Assembly (NCBI RefSeq): GCF_030157465.1
Contig: NZ_JAOAUU010000036.1
Span: 2,427-66,426, forward strand
DNA length: 64,000 bases
Source of the DNA: Zoogloea sp.
GTDB taxonomy: Bacteria > Pseudomonadota > Gammaproteobacteria > Burkholderiales > Rhodocyclaceae
Direction: 5' to 3'
Shown here one piece after another: positions 11,071 through 19,799 of this stretch (positions are counted from its first letter, which is position 1; each line of letters starts with the position of its first letter). Below the pieces are notes generated by a model. That model saw nothing but the letters and a program-made list of their open reading frames with translations. It did no database searches and was not told the DNA's origin. The position numbers and the translations under genes were made by a program.

Positions 11071-11716
11071 TGCCGGCCTCCTCCTTGGCATGTGTCACGC
11101 CGGCCAGTTGTAACTGGTAAGTGGCCAGGCGAGTGTCGAATTCAGCCAGCCATTGGGCATCGACAAAGGCTTTCAGGATCCGCCGCACTTCGTAACTTGC
11201 CGGGCCGGCCGCAGCACTGCCGGCAGGCTTGAGTTTATGCAGAAACCCCAGCTCGGCCACCTTGTTGATCGTGGTCTCGATCTGGTCGATCAGCTTGGCT
11301 TCATTCGGGCCATCGGGCAGGAACACCCGCACCAGTTCGACAATCTCATCCCGACCGAGTACCAGCCGGGTATCGCCGCCACCGGCGTCGAATTCGGCCA
11401 GCTTCTTGCGTAACAAGGCGAGCAACAAACTTACCGGGAAGGATAAGGGCCGGCGCGCCACCAAGCGCGGCAAGTGGGGTGCCGGGTCGTCGTCGGCGGG
11501 CTCTGGCCGGCTCTTGAGAAAGGCATAGCCTTCTGCTTCATCCAGCACCAGATCCAGGTTGAGTACCGCCACGTAGTCGCGCACCCGCGCTTGCAGGTTC
11601 AGCAGTGCAGCCCATTGGCCCTCGTTACCCTCACGGTAGAGCACGCTCTTGAGCAAGCCGATCAGCAGCACCGACAGATCAGCGGCGGGCACTGCGATCA
11701 TGTGTTCTTCTTCCAT
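11063..11716 (-). CDS. jetB: Wadjet JetB (DUF4194)
   Basis: [58 protein letters not shown]; exact start uncertain. Confidence 0.88.
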   Translation of the reverse strand: MEEEHMIAVPAADLSVLLIGLLKSVLYREGNEGQWAALLNLQARVRDYVAVLNLDLVLDEAEGYAFLKSRPEPADDDPAPHLPRLVARRPLSFPVSLLLALLRKKLAEFDAGGGDTRLVLGRDEIVELVRVFLPDGPNEAKLIDQIETTINKVAELGFLHKLKPAGSAAAGPASYEVRRILKAFVDAQWLAEFDTRLATYQLQLAGVTHAKEEAGNE

Positions 11717-11741
11717 CCCTTGCCTCAACCCTTGTTCTTGT

Positions 11742-13211
11742 TCAACGCATGAAAATCACCCGTGGCAGTCGCGCGCAGCGGGTGATTGCCTGACCGTCCG
11801 TTGTCACCGCCTGCCAGTGGATGGGCTCGGACGTGTCCTCATCCACCACGGTGCTGAAGGTTTCACTGCCCAGTTGCAGATAAGCCACCAGCTCGGCCAG
11901 GCCGTGCTGCAAAGCCTGGCTGGCCACCAGTTCGTTCAAGGTGATCTGCGCCCGGTCCTGCAAGGCGTGGCGGATATGGCGGGTGAGCCGTGCCTTGTCC
12001 ACCACCACCTGATCAAACAGCGCCGAAGGGTCGATATCCTCATCGCCCGCCTGCAAGTTCAGCTCGGCAATCACCGGCTTGATGGCCGGCGTGAACAAGG
12101 GGCGTTCCATCGCCAGCTCGATATCGGCGCAGGCCTCAGCCATTTCCATCACCTGGCCAGCAGGTGGCCAGTCTTTGCCCCAATGAGCACGCAGGGCTAC
12201 GGCCTTGCTCTCGATGCCGTGCAGAATGTCCATGATGCGGCGGTTTTCAAGCCAGGCCTGGTCATCGAGAAATCGGCGTAACTGCTGCGACAAGGATGCG
12301 ACCGTGCGCTGGGTGTGCTCGCCAGCTTCCATCCAGTCGTAGTGCACGCGGCGGGTACGGCTGTCGGGCTTCAGATCCGTCACGGCGGGCAGCGCCAGCA
12401 CGCGATCCAGCAGCTGGGTCAGTTCTTCCTGCCTGCGGCTGGAGAGCAGAAAATCCCAAAATGCGCGGAAGCTCTTGCCCTGATCGGAATCGGCAATCGC
12501 ATCGCGTTCGCCCATGATGTCTTCCAGCAGAGCCCCCTTGCTGCCTTCCCACAGCGCAATGCGCTCACGCACACGGCGGTCGAGCTGGCGGAAGTTGTGC
12601 TCCACCTCGCGAAAGTCGGTCAGCAAATCGCGCGCACCCTGCATGAACTGCTGGAAACGGTCCTTCAGCGCAGTGTCATCCAGCAGCGGCACATCGCCCG
12701 ACAGCACCCGCGCGATCTCGGCGTCGATGTCGTCACGCTTCTTGTGCAACTCCGCGATGCGCTTGGCCGGGTCGGCCTCGCTGCCCTCGCTCATTTGTTT
12801 GAGCAGGTCAAACAAGGTGAGCAAGCGCGACTCGGTGCCGACGAACTGCCGCTCACTGAGCTGCGCCAGCCAGGCGATGGCCTTTTCGGTGGCGGGCGTC
12901 AAATCGAACTGCGCCTCATCCGTGCCCGGGCGGTAGAACTTGCGCAGCCAGCCCTTGTCGGGCGCCGCCCAGTCGTTCAGGTAGTCGAGCGCCGGCTTGG
13001 GAAAAGCGGTTTCGCCCACGTGCAGGCGCAGGGCATACAGCTCGTCTTCCAGCGCCTCCGCCAAATCCGCCGCCGCCATCACCCGCACATTGGGGGCGAC
13101 AAACACCCGGTGCAGAAAACTTGCCACCAGCGGAGCATGGTCTGAGCGCAACAAGCGCCACGCCGGGTGGTGGGTGCGCAGGGTGTCGAGGGTGGTGAAG
13201 TCCAGCGTCAT
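11742..13211 (-). CDS. jetA: Wadjet JetA (DUF3375)
   Basis: HPAWRLLRSDHAPL, FVGTESRL, SDQGKSFRAFWDFL, LRRFLDDQAWLENRR; start trimmed to MTLDF. Confidence 0.9.
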   Translation of the reverse strand: MTLDFTTLDTLRTHHPAWRLLRSDHAPLVASFLHRVFVAPNVRVMAAADLAEALEDELYALRLHVGETAFPKPALDYLNDWAAPDKGWLRKFYRPGTDEAQFDLTPATEKAIAWLAQLSERQFVGTESRLLTLFDLLKQMSEGSEADPAKRIAELHKKRDDIDAEIARVLSGDVPLLDDTALKDRFQQFMQGARDLLTDFREVEHNFRQLDRRVRERIALWEGSKGALLEDIMGERDAIADSDQGKSFRAFWDFLLSSRRQEELTQLLDRVLALPAVTDLKPDSRTRRVHYDWMEAGEHTQRTVASLSQQLRRFLDDQAWLENRRIMDILHGIESKAVALRAHWGKDWPPAGQVMEMAEACADIELAMERPLFTPAIKPVIAELNLQAGDEDIDPSALFDQVVVDKARLTRHIRHALQDRAQITLNELVASQALQHGLAELVAYLQLGSETFSTVVDEDTSEPIHWQAVTTDGQAITRCARLPRVIFMR

Positions 13212-13484
13212 GCGAATTTTGGTTCCGATGGGGTAAATGGCGCCGACAATCAATCCACTGATTATATTCACCGTCAAGATGATTGAGTACGCCGACCCTG
13301 TGTTCGAGTTTTCATGGCGACCCCGAAGCTCGCGCACGCTCTCGAGAATGCAAGGGCGCGGCGCATTTCTGCCTGCAGCACCGCGCGCGGATTCAACCGT
13401 CGGTCATCCGGCCCGATCGTCTCGAGCTTCTGCTTCACCCTGCTTATCTGCACGCTCCGTGTGTTCGCAATTCAGGACGATAGG

Positions 13485-13806
13485 GTGCAAGGCGGCGGTC
13501 AGGTTGCCCAAGCCGCCTTTGGGCATCGTGTCGTGGTTCGGGAACAGCCGGTCGTAGGATTCCAGCTTCAGTTGCCGGGTGCGCGAGCAGGTATGGCTGA
13601 CGATTGCCGTTCCCAAGCGCCGTGCATCGCCGGCGGTAACGCGGCTTGCAAAGAAAACCCATGCATGCGCGCCATTCCCGGTCCGCGACATTTCCAGCGC
13701 CGCCGGAGCCCCCAGTTCTTCGCAGGACTGCATGCAGGCTCGCGCATCGTCCCGCCGATCGGGCCTTGTCGAAGTCAGCGGCCAGGAGGCTGCAGGTGCC
13801 GTCTAA
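13485..13806 (-). pseudogene. Fragment of an AEP primase-like domain usually fused to a DEAD/DEAH helicase (AEP-TOTE type)
   Basis: DGTCSLLAADFDKA, then a +1 frameshift, then DRRDDARACMQSC...EMSRTGNGAHAWVFF...SYDRLFPNHDTMPKGGLGNL; both ends missing. Confidence 0.7.
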
Positions 13807-13919
13807 ACATCCGTGCGCCCCCGAAAAAGTCCCCTGAACAGGGCTACCGCCAGAGTCGGAAACGCCGTGCGCTGGAAATCGCCGTCATCCATGTACCGAG
13901 TGACGATCCTGTCGTTCTC
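13803..13919 (-). pseudogene. Probable C-terminal scrap of a type I restriction subunit R (HsdR)
   Basis: ENDRIVTRYMDDGDFQRTAFP resembles HsdR C-termini as I recall them; short and unverified. Confidence 0.45.
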
Positions 13920-14605
13920 GGACATGGGCTTTTTCGGGACGCGGCCGGCGAACACATGCGCACTTCGCCCGGTGAGCGGGTTCAGGTCGCGCAGGATCGC
14001 CACGGCTTGAGGTGCCAGCAGGACAAGGTGCGGTGTGGTGACGCCCTTGCGCGTCCAGCCGTTCATCCGGCTGGCGGGTGTGTTTCATTCACCTCTGTCG
14101 AGGTCGATTTCCGCCCATTCCGCTTGCCGCAGTTCGCCCGGCCGGACGAAAACCAGCGCGGACGGCTTCAGGGTTGATTGCACGATCAGCGTTCCCCGGA
14201 AAGCATCGACAGCTAGGAGCAGGGCGCCGACTTCGGCCGGCTCCGTGATCGCGGCCATGTGCTTTTCCCTTGTTGGGGGCAGGGCGCCGCGCAGATCGCC
14301 CGCAGGGTCGCGATCAGCCGGCTAGTCGCACGGTGTAGCCGGAACACCTGTCCGCAGCTCTGAAGGGCTCGGTGGGCCGTTTCCAGCCGTCCGCGGGCTT
14401 CTATCTGGCGGATGGTGGTTAAGACGGCGGGGGGCGTTCAGGTCGGCAATGGGCTTGCCGCCGATCCACGGGAAAACGTCCCGCTCGAAGCGCCACCACT
14501 TACCGCCATTTTGGGGGGCGGAAGAGAGAGGCCGTCGCCGTCCGTCATTTTGACGGGCTTGTCGGCAGGTTTTGCGGTTTTGATGGCGGTGTCTGTAAGT
14601 GGCAT
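13914..14605 (-). pseudogene. P4-like tyrosine integrase, degraded
   Basis: MPLTDTAIKTAKPADKPVKMTDGDGL..GGKWWRF joined to ERDVFPWIG; KHMAAITEP; FVRPGELRQAEW; TGA at an expected Trp; PHLV..AVAILRDL..PMSEN; frameshifts, catalytic C-terminus absent. Confidence 0.88.
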
Positions 14606-14654
14606 GACGGTAACCCATTGGCGGTAAGTGCTTGTTACCGTCTAAGTTACCGGC
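14606..14654. repeat. Four CGGTAA-core repeats, two direct plus two inverted (candidate integrase arm sites)
   Basis: GACGGTAAC 14606, GCGGTAAG 14621, GTTACCGTC 14634, GTTACCGGC 14646, immediately upstream of the integrase ATG. Confidence 0.55.
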
Positions 14655-14687
14655 TTGCAATGGCCTGCTTCGGACTACTTTGGACGT

Positions 14688-14730
14688 AAAAAAGGCCGAG
14701 AATCCTGATTTTGCCAGGTTTCTCGGCCTT
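14688..14730 (-). terminator. Terminator downstream of tmRNA
   Basis: Stem AAGGCCGAGAA / TTCTCGGCCTT followed by a U-run on the minus strand. Confidence 0.7.
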
Positions 14731-14755
14731 CTCCGGAACATCCCGGACTCGATTC

Positions 14756-15121
14756 TGGTGGAGCTGGGGGGAATCGAACCCCCGTCCGCAAGTCCTCTAC
14801 AGTCAGTTCTACATACTTAGCCGACCTATTTGGGTTTAACCCGGGGTTTAGCCAGTCGGCAGGCCGACCACGGGCGAGTTACCTTGAGTTTCGCGCGGGA
14901 CCAAGTAACCCGATCCTTTGCTAGTCCCTGTAAATGACGCTGCAATGGGTTTGACCCCATCTGACCCAGGAGACCTGTCAGTGCAGCGGCTTAGGCCTTA
15001 GGCGGCCAGAGCGAAACGCTCGTCGTTGGCGTTTGTATTTTTTCCAGTGGATTTACGAGGTAACTGGTCCTCGGTATGCCCTGATCTGCTTTGCAACCCA
15101 CGTCGAAGCCAGGTCAGCCCC
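14756..15121 (-). ncRNA. ssrA: tmRNA (transfer-messenger RNA), tag ANDERFALAA
   Basis: 5' GGGGCTGACCTGGCTTCGACG, tag ORF GCCAACGACGAGCGTTTCGCTCTGGCCGCCTAA (15030-14998), 3' GGGTTCGATTCCCCCCAGCTCCACCA. Confidence 0.97.
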
Positions 15122-15167
15122 TTGGTGATGCATTACTTTGTCCAGCCAGTAGCTGGAAAGTTCCCAA

Positions 15168-15836
15168 TCATAGCACGCGATCAGTCTTTTCGATGAAGGA
15201 CAGGATTTCAAGTGGATGTTCGATGATCGCGTCTGCGGCCCAGGCTTCAATCGGCTCGTTACTGCCGAGGTAGCCGTATGCCGCGGCGAGAGTTCGCATG
15301 CCGGCGGCTTTACCTGCCTTGATGTCACGAATGTCGTCGCCAACATAAATGCAGCGGAGTGGATCAAGCGCGGCGAGCTTGCAGGCGTGAAGGAGCGGGT
15401 CGGGGAAGGGCTTGGCACGCGCCACGGTATCGCCGCCGACGATGCAGATGCTGCGTTCCGCGAGGCCGAGGGCTTCGATGATGGGGCGGGCGAAGCGTTC
15501 GGCCTTGTTGGTGACTACGCCCCATACGATGCCGCGTTCGTCGAGGCTGTCGAGCAGTTCGGACATGCCCGGGAAAAGGCAGGTTTCCACGTAGAGGCTT
15601 GCGGCGTAGAGCGTGAGAAAGCGCTGCGCCAGGTCTGCATACGCAGGGGCATCCGGTGTGAGGCCGAAGCCTGCACCCAGCAGGCCTCGAACACCGTTTG
15701 AGACCTGGGGTCTCAGCACTTCGAAGGGTGTTGGGGCGAGGCCGTTCTCATGCTGAAGATGGGCAAGGATCCCCGCGAGATCCGGTGCGGTGTCTGCGAG
15801 CGTGCCGTCGAGGTCGAAGAGAACGGCCTCAGGCAT
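15168..15836 (-). CDS. gph: Phosphoglycolate phosphatase-like HAD hydrolase
   Basis: [32 protein letters not shown]; follows ubiG. Confidence 0.88.
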   Translation of the reverse strand: MPEAVLFDLDGTLADTAPDLAGILAHLQHENGLAPTPFEVLRPQVSNGVRGLLGAGFGLTPDAPAYADLAQRFLTLYAASLYVETCLFPGMSELLDSLDERGIVWGVVTNKAERFARPIIEALGLAERSICIVGGDTVARAKPFPDPLLHACKLAALDPLRCIYVGDDIRDIKAGKAAGMRTLAAAYGYLGSNEPIEAWAADAIIEHPLEILSFIEKTDRVL

Positions 15837-16524
15837 GCCTGGATGTACGCATCAGGTAATTGACGTCGGTGTCGCGACCGAGGGAGTAAATCTTGCTGAA
15901 GGGGTTGTAGTTCATGCCGATAAGCTCTTCCACATCGAGGCCTGCCTCGCGAACATAGCGGGCAAGTTCGGAGGGCTTGATGAACTTGGCGTATTCGTGC
16001 GTACCCTTCGGGAGCAGATTGAGGACATATTCGGCGCCGACCACAGCCATGAGGTAGGCCTTGAGGTTGCGGTTGAGGGTGGAGAAGAAGACGTGGCCCC
16101 CGGGCTTGACCAGCGTTGCGCAGGCGCGGATGGTGCTGGCCGGGTCGGGGACGTGTTCAAGCATTTCCATGCAGGTGACCACGTCGAAACTGGCCGGCGC
16201 CTCGCGGGCCAGGTCTTCGGCGGAGATGAGGCGGTAATCGACGCTCTGTCCACTTTCGAAGAGGTGTAGCCGGGCGACGCCGAGGGCCTTCTCGGAGAGG
16301 TCGACGCCAGTGACCTGTGCTCCCCGGGTGGCCATGGATTCGGCGAGAATGCCACCACCGCAACCAATGTCTACCACTCGCTTGTCAGCAATCCGGGCTG
16401 CGTTGTCGATCCAGTCGAGACGTAGCGGGTTGATCTGGTGAAGCGGTTTGAATTCGGATTCGGGATCCCACCAGCGGTGGGCGAGGTCACTGAATTTCTG
16501 TAGTTCTGCAGGATCGGCGTTCAT
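15829..16524 (-). CDS. ubiG: Ubiquinone biosynthesis O-methyltransferase UbiG
   Basis: [52 protein letters not shown]. Confidence 0.96.
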   Translation of the reverse strand: MNADPAELQKFSDLAHRWWDPESEFKPLHQINPLRLDWIDNAARIADKRVVDIGCGGGILAESMATRGAQVTGVDLSEKALGVARLHLFESGQSVDYRLISAEDLAREAPASFDVVTCMEMLEHVPDPASTIRACATLVKPGGHVFFSTLNRNLKAYLMAVVGAEYVLNLLPKGTHEYAKFIKPSELARYVREAGLDVEELIGMNYNPFSKIYSLGRDTDVNYLMRTSRHA

Positions 16525-16591
16525 GGATGCGGGGCGTCAGCGGGACGAAGAGTTATTCAGGGGTTGATTGTATTGCGCTGTGCAGAAAAAC

Positions 16592-16618
16592 AAAAAGCCC
16601 TGCAGGGCAGGGCTTTTT
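16592..16618. terminator. Intrinsic terminator after ompA copy 1
   Basis: AAAAAGCCCTGC-agg-GCAGGGCTTTTT. Confidence 0.8.
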
Positions 16619-16650
16619 GAGGACTGACGCGAAGTCAGAAGGTCGGCAGA

Positions 16651-17376
16651 TTACTTGGTGCCGATCACTTCGATTTCAACGCGACGATCCGGCTGCAGGC
16701 ACTCGACCAGCTTCTTGTTCTTGCCGCTTTCCTTGCCGAGATTGGTGCACTTGCCGGTGGTCACGGGCTGCTTCTCGCCCTTGCCTTCGGTGTAGACACG
16801 GTTGGCTTCTACGCCCTTGCCGACCAGGTAGGTCTTGACGGCAGCAGCACGCTTTTCAGACAGCTTCTGGTTGTAGGCGTCGCCACCGATGCGGTCGGTG
16901 TGGCCAACGGCCAGAATGACTTCCAGCTTGACGTTCTTGGCCTTGGCAGCCAGGTCGTCCAGCTTGGACTTGCCGGCGGGCAGCAGGACAGCCTTGTCGA
17001 ATTCGAAGAGGGCGTCGGCAGCCAGCTTGACCTTTTCAGCAACCGGGGCAACAGCCGCGGGAGCGGCGGCCTTGGAGCCAGCGGCCGGGGCAGCGGCGGC
17101 TACGCATTTTTCCTGGGGTACGACGTCCTTGTCGCACTCGCAGCCGACCGGCAGTTCGCCAGCCATGGTGTTGGCGGCGGCCGCAGGGGTCCAGTAGCCG
17201 GTACGCCAGCAGAGGTCAAAACCGCTGCGTGCAACGACATTGCGTGCATCGATCACGTAAGGCACTTCGCCTTTCGCATCGACGACGACGTCTTTGGCGA
17301 AGCTGGCGGAGGCGGTCAGGCCGAGGGTAGCCATTGCGGCAGCCATCAGCAGTTGTTTTTTGGCTTGTTTGATCAT
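16651..17376 (-). CDS. OmpA family protein (copy 1)
   Basis: Signal peptide; LCWRTGYWTP; AVGHTDRIGGDAYNQKLSEKRA, PDRRVEIEV. Confidence 0.92.
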   Translation of the reverse strand: MIKQAKKQLLMAAAMATLGLTASASFAKDVVVDAKGEVPYVIDARNVVARSGFDLCWRTGYWTPAAAANTMAGELPVGCECDKDVVPQEKCVAAAAPAAGSKAAAPAAVAPVAEKVKLAADALFEFDKAVLLPAGKSKLDDLAAKAKNVKLEVILAVGHTDRIGGDAYNQKLSEKRAAAVKTYLVGKGVEANRVYTEGKGEKQPVTTGKCTNLGKESGKNKKLVECLQPDRRVEIEVIGTK

Positions 17377-17465
17377 CGTTTTCCTCGTCGCAAGGCAAAG
17401 GGGTAGAACCGGAAGATTCATCCATGTCGCCGGAGAACACTATGAACTCAGGCAGCATATCCAAT

Positions 17466-18785
17466 TCATTGGCGGAATCTATTTTGCCATAGGCGGGCAA
17501 TGCCCAATAGCTCCGTGTTGGTTATTTGCAACAGTTTCCCATGCTCCATGCGCTGCTGTCCATCGACCCAGACGTCCGATACGGCATGTCTGCCTAATAC
17601 GTATACCACGTGCGAGACGGGGTCGAAGCAGGGGAGTTCATCGGGGTCGTTGATGCGGATGGCGCAGATGTCGGCCGCCTTGCCGGGCAGGAGGGAACCG
17701 ATTTCCTTGTCGAGGCCAAGGGCGCGGGCACCGTTGAGGGTGGCCATGCGCAGCGCCTGGCGGGCGGGCAGGGCCGAAGCGTCGCCGGTAGAGAGTTTTG
17801 CGAGCAGGCTGGCTTGATGCATTTCGCGGAAGAGGTCGAGCCGGTTGTTGCTGGCGGCGCCGTCGCTGCCGAGGCCGACCGCCAGTCCGTGGTCGAGAAG
17901 CCGGGTGCTGGGCGCCGCGCCGCTGGCGAGTTTCATGTTGGAAGTGGGGCAGTGGGCGATGGCGCACTGGTGCAGGGCGAGGCGCTCCATGTCTTCCGGT
18001 GTGAGGTGGACGGCGTGAACGCCGATCAGATTCGGACCGAGGATGCCGAGGCTCTCCATGCGGGTGATCGGGCGCTGGCCGAAATCCCGCAGGCTGTCGG
18101 CGATCTCGCCGGCGGTTTCGTGAAGGTGGATGTGGATTGGCAGTTCGAGTTCGTCGGCGAGGGCGCCAATGCGTTCGAAGCTTGTGTTCGAGACCGTGTA
18201 GGGCGCGTGAGGCGCGAGGGCGAAGCGAATAAGCGGGTGGTCGCGCCAGGCGTCGTGGGTGGCGAGGCCTTTGCGCAGGTAATCGTCGGCGTCAGCGGCG
18301 TATTGCGACGGGAATTCAAGGACTGTCATTCCGAGCACCGCGCGGAGGCCCAGGCGGTCGAAGGCTTCTGCAGTGGCCTCCGGGAAGAAGTACATGTCGT
18401 TGCAGGTGGTGATGCCGCCACGCAGCATTTCGGCGCCGGCCAGCAAACTGCCGTCACGTACGAAGGCGTGGGATGCGTGGCGGGCCTCGGTGGGCCAGAT
18501 GGCTTCCTGGAGCCAGCGCATCAGGGGCAGATCGTCAGCGAGGCCGCGCATCAGTGTCATGGCGGCGTGGCAGTGCAGGTTGATTAGGCCGGGAATGAGG
18601 ATGTGTTCGGGCAGGCTTACCGTTTTTGCGGCCGTGAAGCGCGCGCGGGCGTCCGCGAGTGGCAGGATGGCCACGATTTTTCCGCGCTCTACGGCGATCG
18701 CGTGATGTTCCAGCGTGGTGTCGTCCGGCTCGACCGGAATGATCCAGCGCGCTTCGATGAGCAGATCGACCGGTGTGGGCATCAT
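17466..18785 (-). CDS. TRZ/ATZ family amidohydrolase (MtaD-like MTA/SAH deaminase)
   Basis: PGLINLHCHAAM, APHAPYTV, HIHLHET, HCPTSNMKLASG, LGSDGAASNN. Confidence 0.85.
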   Translation of the reverse strand: MMPTPVDLLIEARWIIPVEPDDTTLEHHAIAVERGKIVAILPLADARARFTAAKTVSLPEHILIPGLINLHCHAAMTLMRGLADDLPLMRWLQEAIWPTEARHASHAFVRDGSLLAGAEMLRGGITTCNDMYFFPEATAEAFDRLGLRAVLGMTVLEFPSQYAADADDYLRKGLATHDAWRDHPLIRFALAPHAPYTVSNTSFERIGALADELELPIHIHLHETAGEIADSLRDFGQRPITRMESLGILGPNLIGVHAVHLTPEDMERLALHQCAIAHCPTSNMKLASGAAPSTRLLDHGLAVGLGSDGAASNNRLDLFREMHQASLLAKLSTGDASALPARQALRMATLNGARALGLDKEIGSLLPGKAADICAIRINDPDELPCFDPVSHVVYVLGRHAVSDVWVDGQQRMEHGKLLQITNTELLGIARLWQNRFRQ

Positions 18786-18806
18786 GGTGTTTCTCGTCGG
18801 AGGCAG

Positions 18807-18831
18807 AAAAAACCCCGCTTGCGGCGGGGTT
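18807..18831 (-). terminator. Intrinsic terminator after ompA copy 2
   Basis: AACCCCGC-cgcaa-GCGGGGTT followed by TTTT on the minus strand. Confidence 0.7.
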
Positions 18832-18863
18832 CTGGAGGCGTGTGCGGGTGTATGGCCAGCGTA

Positions 18864-19586
18864 TTACCTGGCCGGGCCCTTGACGTCTACGGTGACGCGT
18901 CGGTTCGGGGCGAGGCATTCGATCAGTGCCTTGCGGCCGAGCTTGTCGTCACAGCTCTTGATCGGCTGGGTCTTGCCGGCACCCATGGTGTCGATCACGT
19001 CAGCCTTCACGCCCTTGCCGGTCAGGTAGGATTGGACGGCGCTTGCGCGCTTTTCGGAGAGTTTCTGGTTGTACGACTGGGAGCCGAGGCGATCGGTGTG
19101 GCCGGTGATGATCACCGAGGTCACTGCGGCACAGGTGCCGAGCTTGCCGATCACGGCGTTGTCGAGGTTGGCTCTGGCAGACTTGGTGAGCACGGCCTTG
19201 TTGAAGGCGAAGGTGCTGTCGGCAGCCAGGGTAACGCTGAAATCACATTTGCTGGCAGCTGCCGCGGGGGCGGGGGCTGCAGCCGGGGCTGCGGCAACGG
19301 CGCGCGCGGAGGCTGGGGCGCACTTGTCGGCGCCGACGACATCCTTGTCGCATTCGCAGGCGACCGGCACTTCACCGGCCTTGGTGTCGGTGGCGGCGCC
19401 CGGGGTCCAGGTGCCGGTGCGCCAGCAAAGGTCGGCACCGCTCTTGACGACGGTGTTGCGTTGGTCGATCACATAGGGGACGTCGCCTTTCGGGTCGACG
19501 ACGATGTCCTTGGATTGGGCCGTTGCGCCGACGCTGGCAAGCATCAGCAGGGCAGCGGCGGTCAGGCGGAATTTGGCGGTGTTCAT
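18864..19586 (-). CDS. OmpA family protein (copy 2)
   Basis: Signal peptide; LCWRTGTWTP; TGHTDRLGSQSYNQKLSEKRA, PNRRVTV. Confidence 0.92.
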   Translation of the reverse strand: MNTAKFRLTAAALLMLASVGATAQSKDIVVDPKGDVPYVIDQRNTVVKSGADLCWRTGTWTPGAATDTKAGEVPVACECDKDVVGADKCAPASARAVAAAPAAAPAPAAAASKCDFSVTLAADSTFAFNKAVLTKSARANLDNAVIGKLGTCAAVTSVIITGHTDRLGSQSYNQKLSEKRASAVQSYLTGKGVKADVIDTMGAGKTQPIKSCDDKLGRKALIECLAPNRRVTVDVKGPAR

Positions 19587-19799
19587 GAAGATCTTCCTCT
19601 ATGAAATGGCGCGTTTCCGGCGCCCGTCTCGTAATCGGTCGTGCGGCGCGATTAAATCACACGACGACCGCTGATCACAACGCATGCTGGCAGTGCAGCG
19701 TGAGTTTCCGGGGTGATGCAAGCCGAAATCGGGTATCGGCGGCGTGCTAAACTCGCTCCTTTTCGTCTTTTCGACGAATAGTCGATTCCTCGCGGTGCC

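Larger units (their letters stand above)
6440..14755 (-). mobile_element. Decayed tmRNA-integrated genomic/defence island carrying Wadjet
   Basis: P4-type integrase remnant abuts the ssrA 3' end; defence cargo follows; far boundary approximate because no att repeat was found. Confidence 0.75.

Noticed and set aside
13258-13278. TTGACG and TATAAT upstream of jetA (minus strand)
   Set aside because: The hexamers are only 5 nt apart, so they do not form a canonical sigma70 promoter; the jetA promoter could not be called.
13314-13483. Plus-strand MATPKLAHALE... ORF, faintly like a Fic-protein N-terminus
   Set aside because: Similarity is limited to a few residues, and the frame continues into antisense of the pseudogenes; unsupported.
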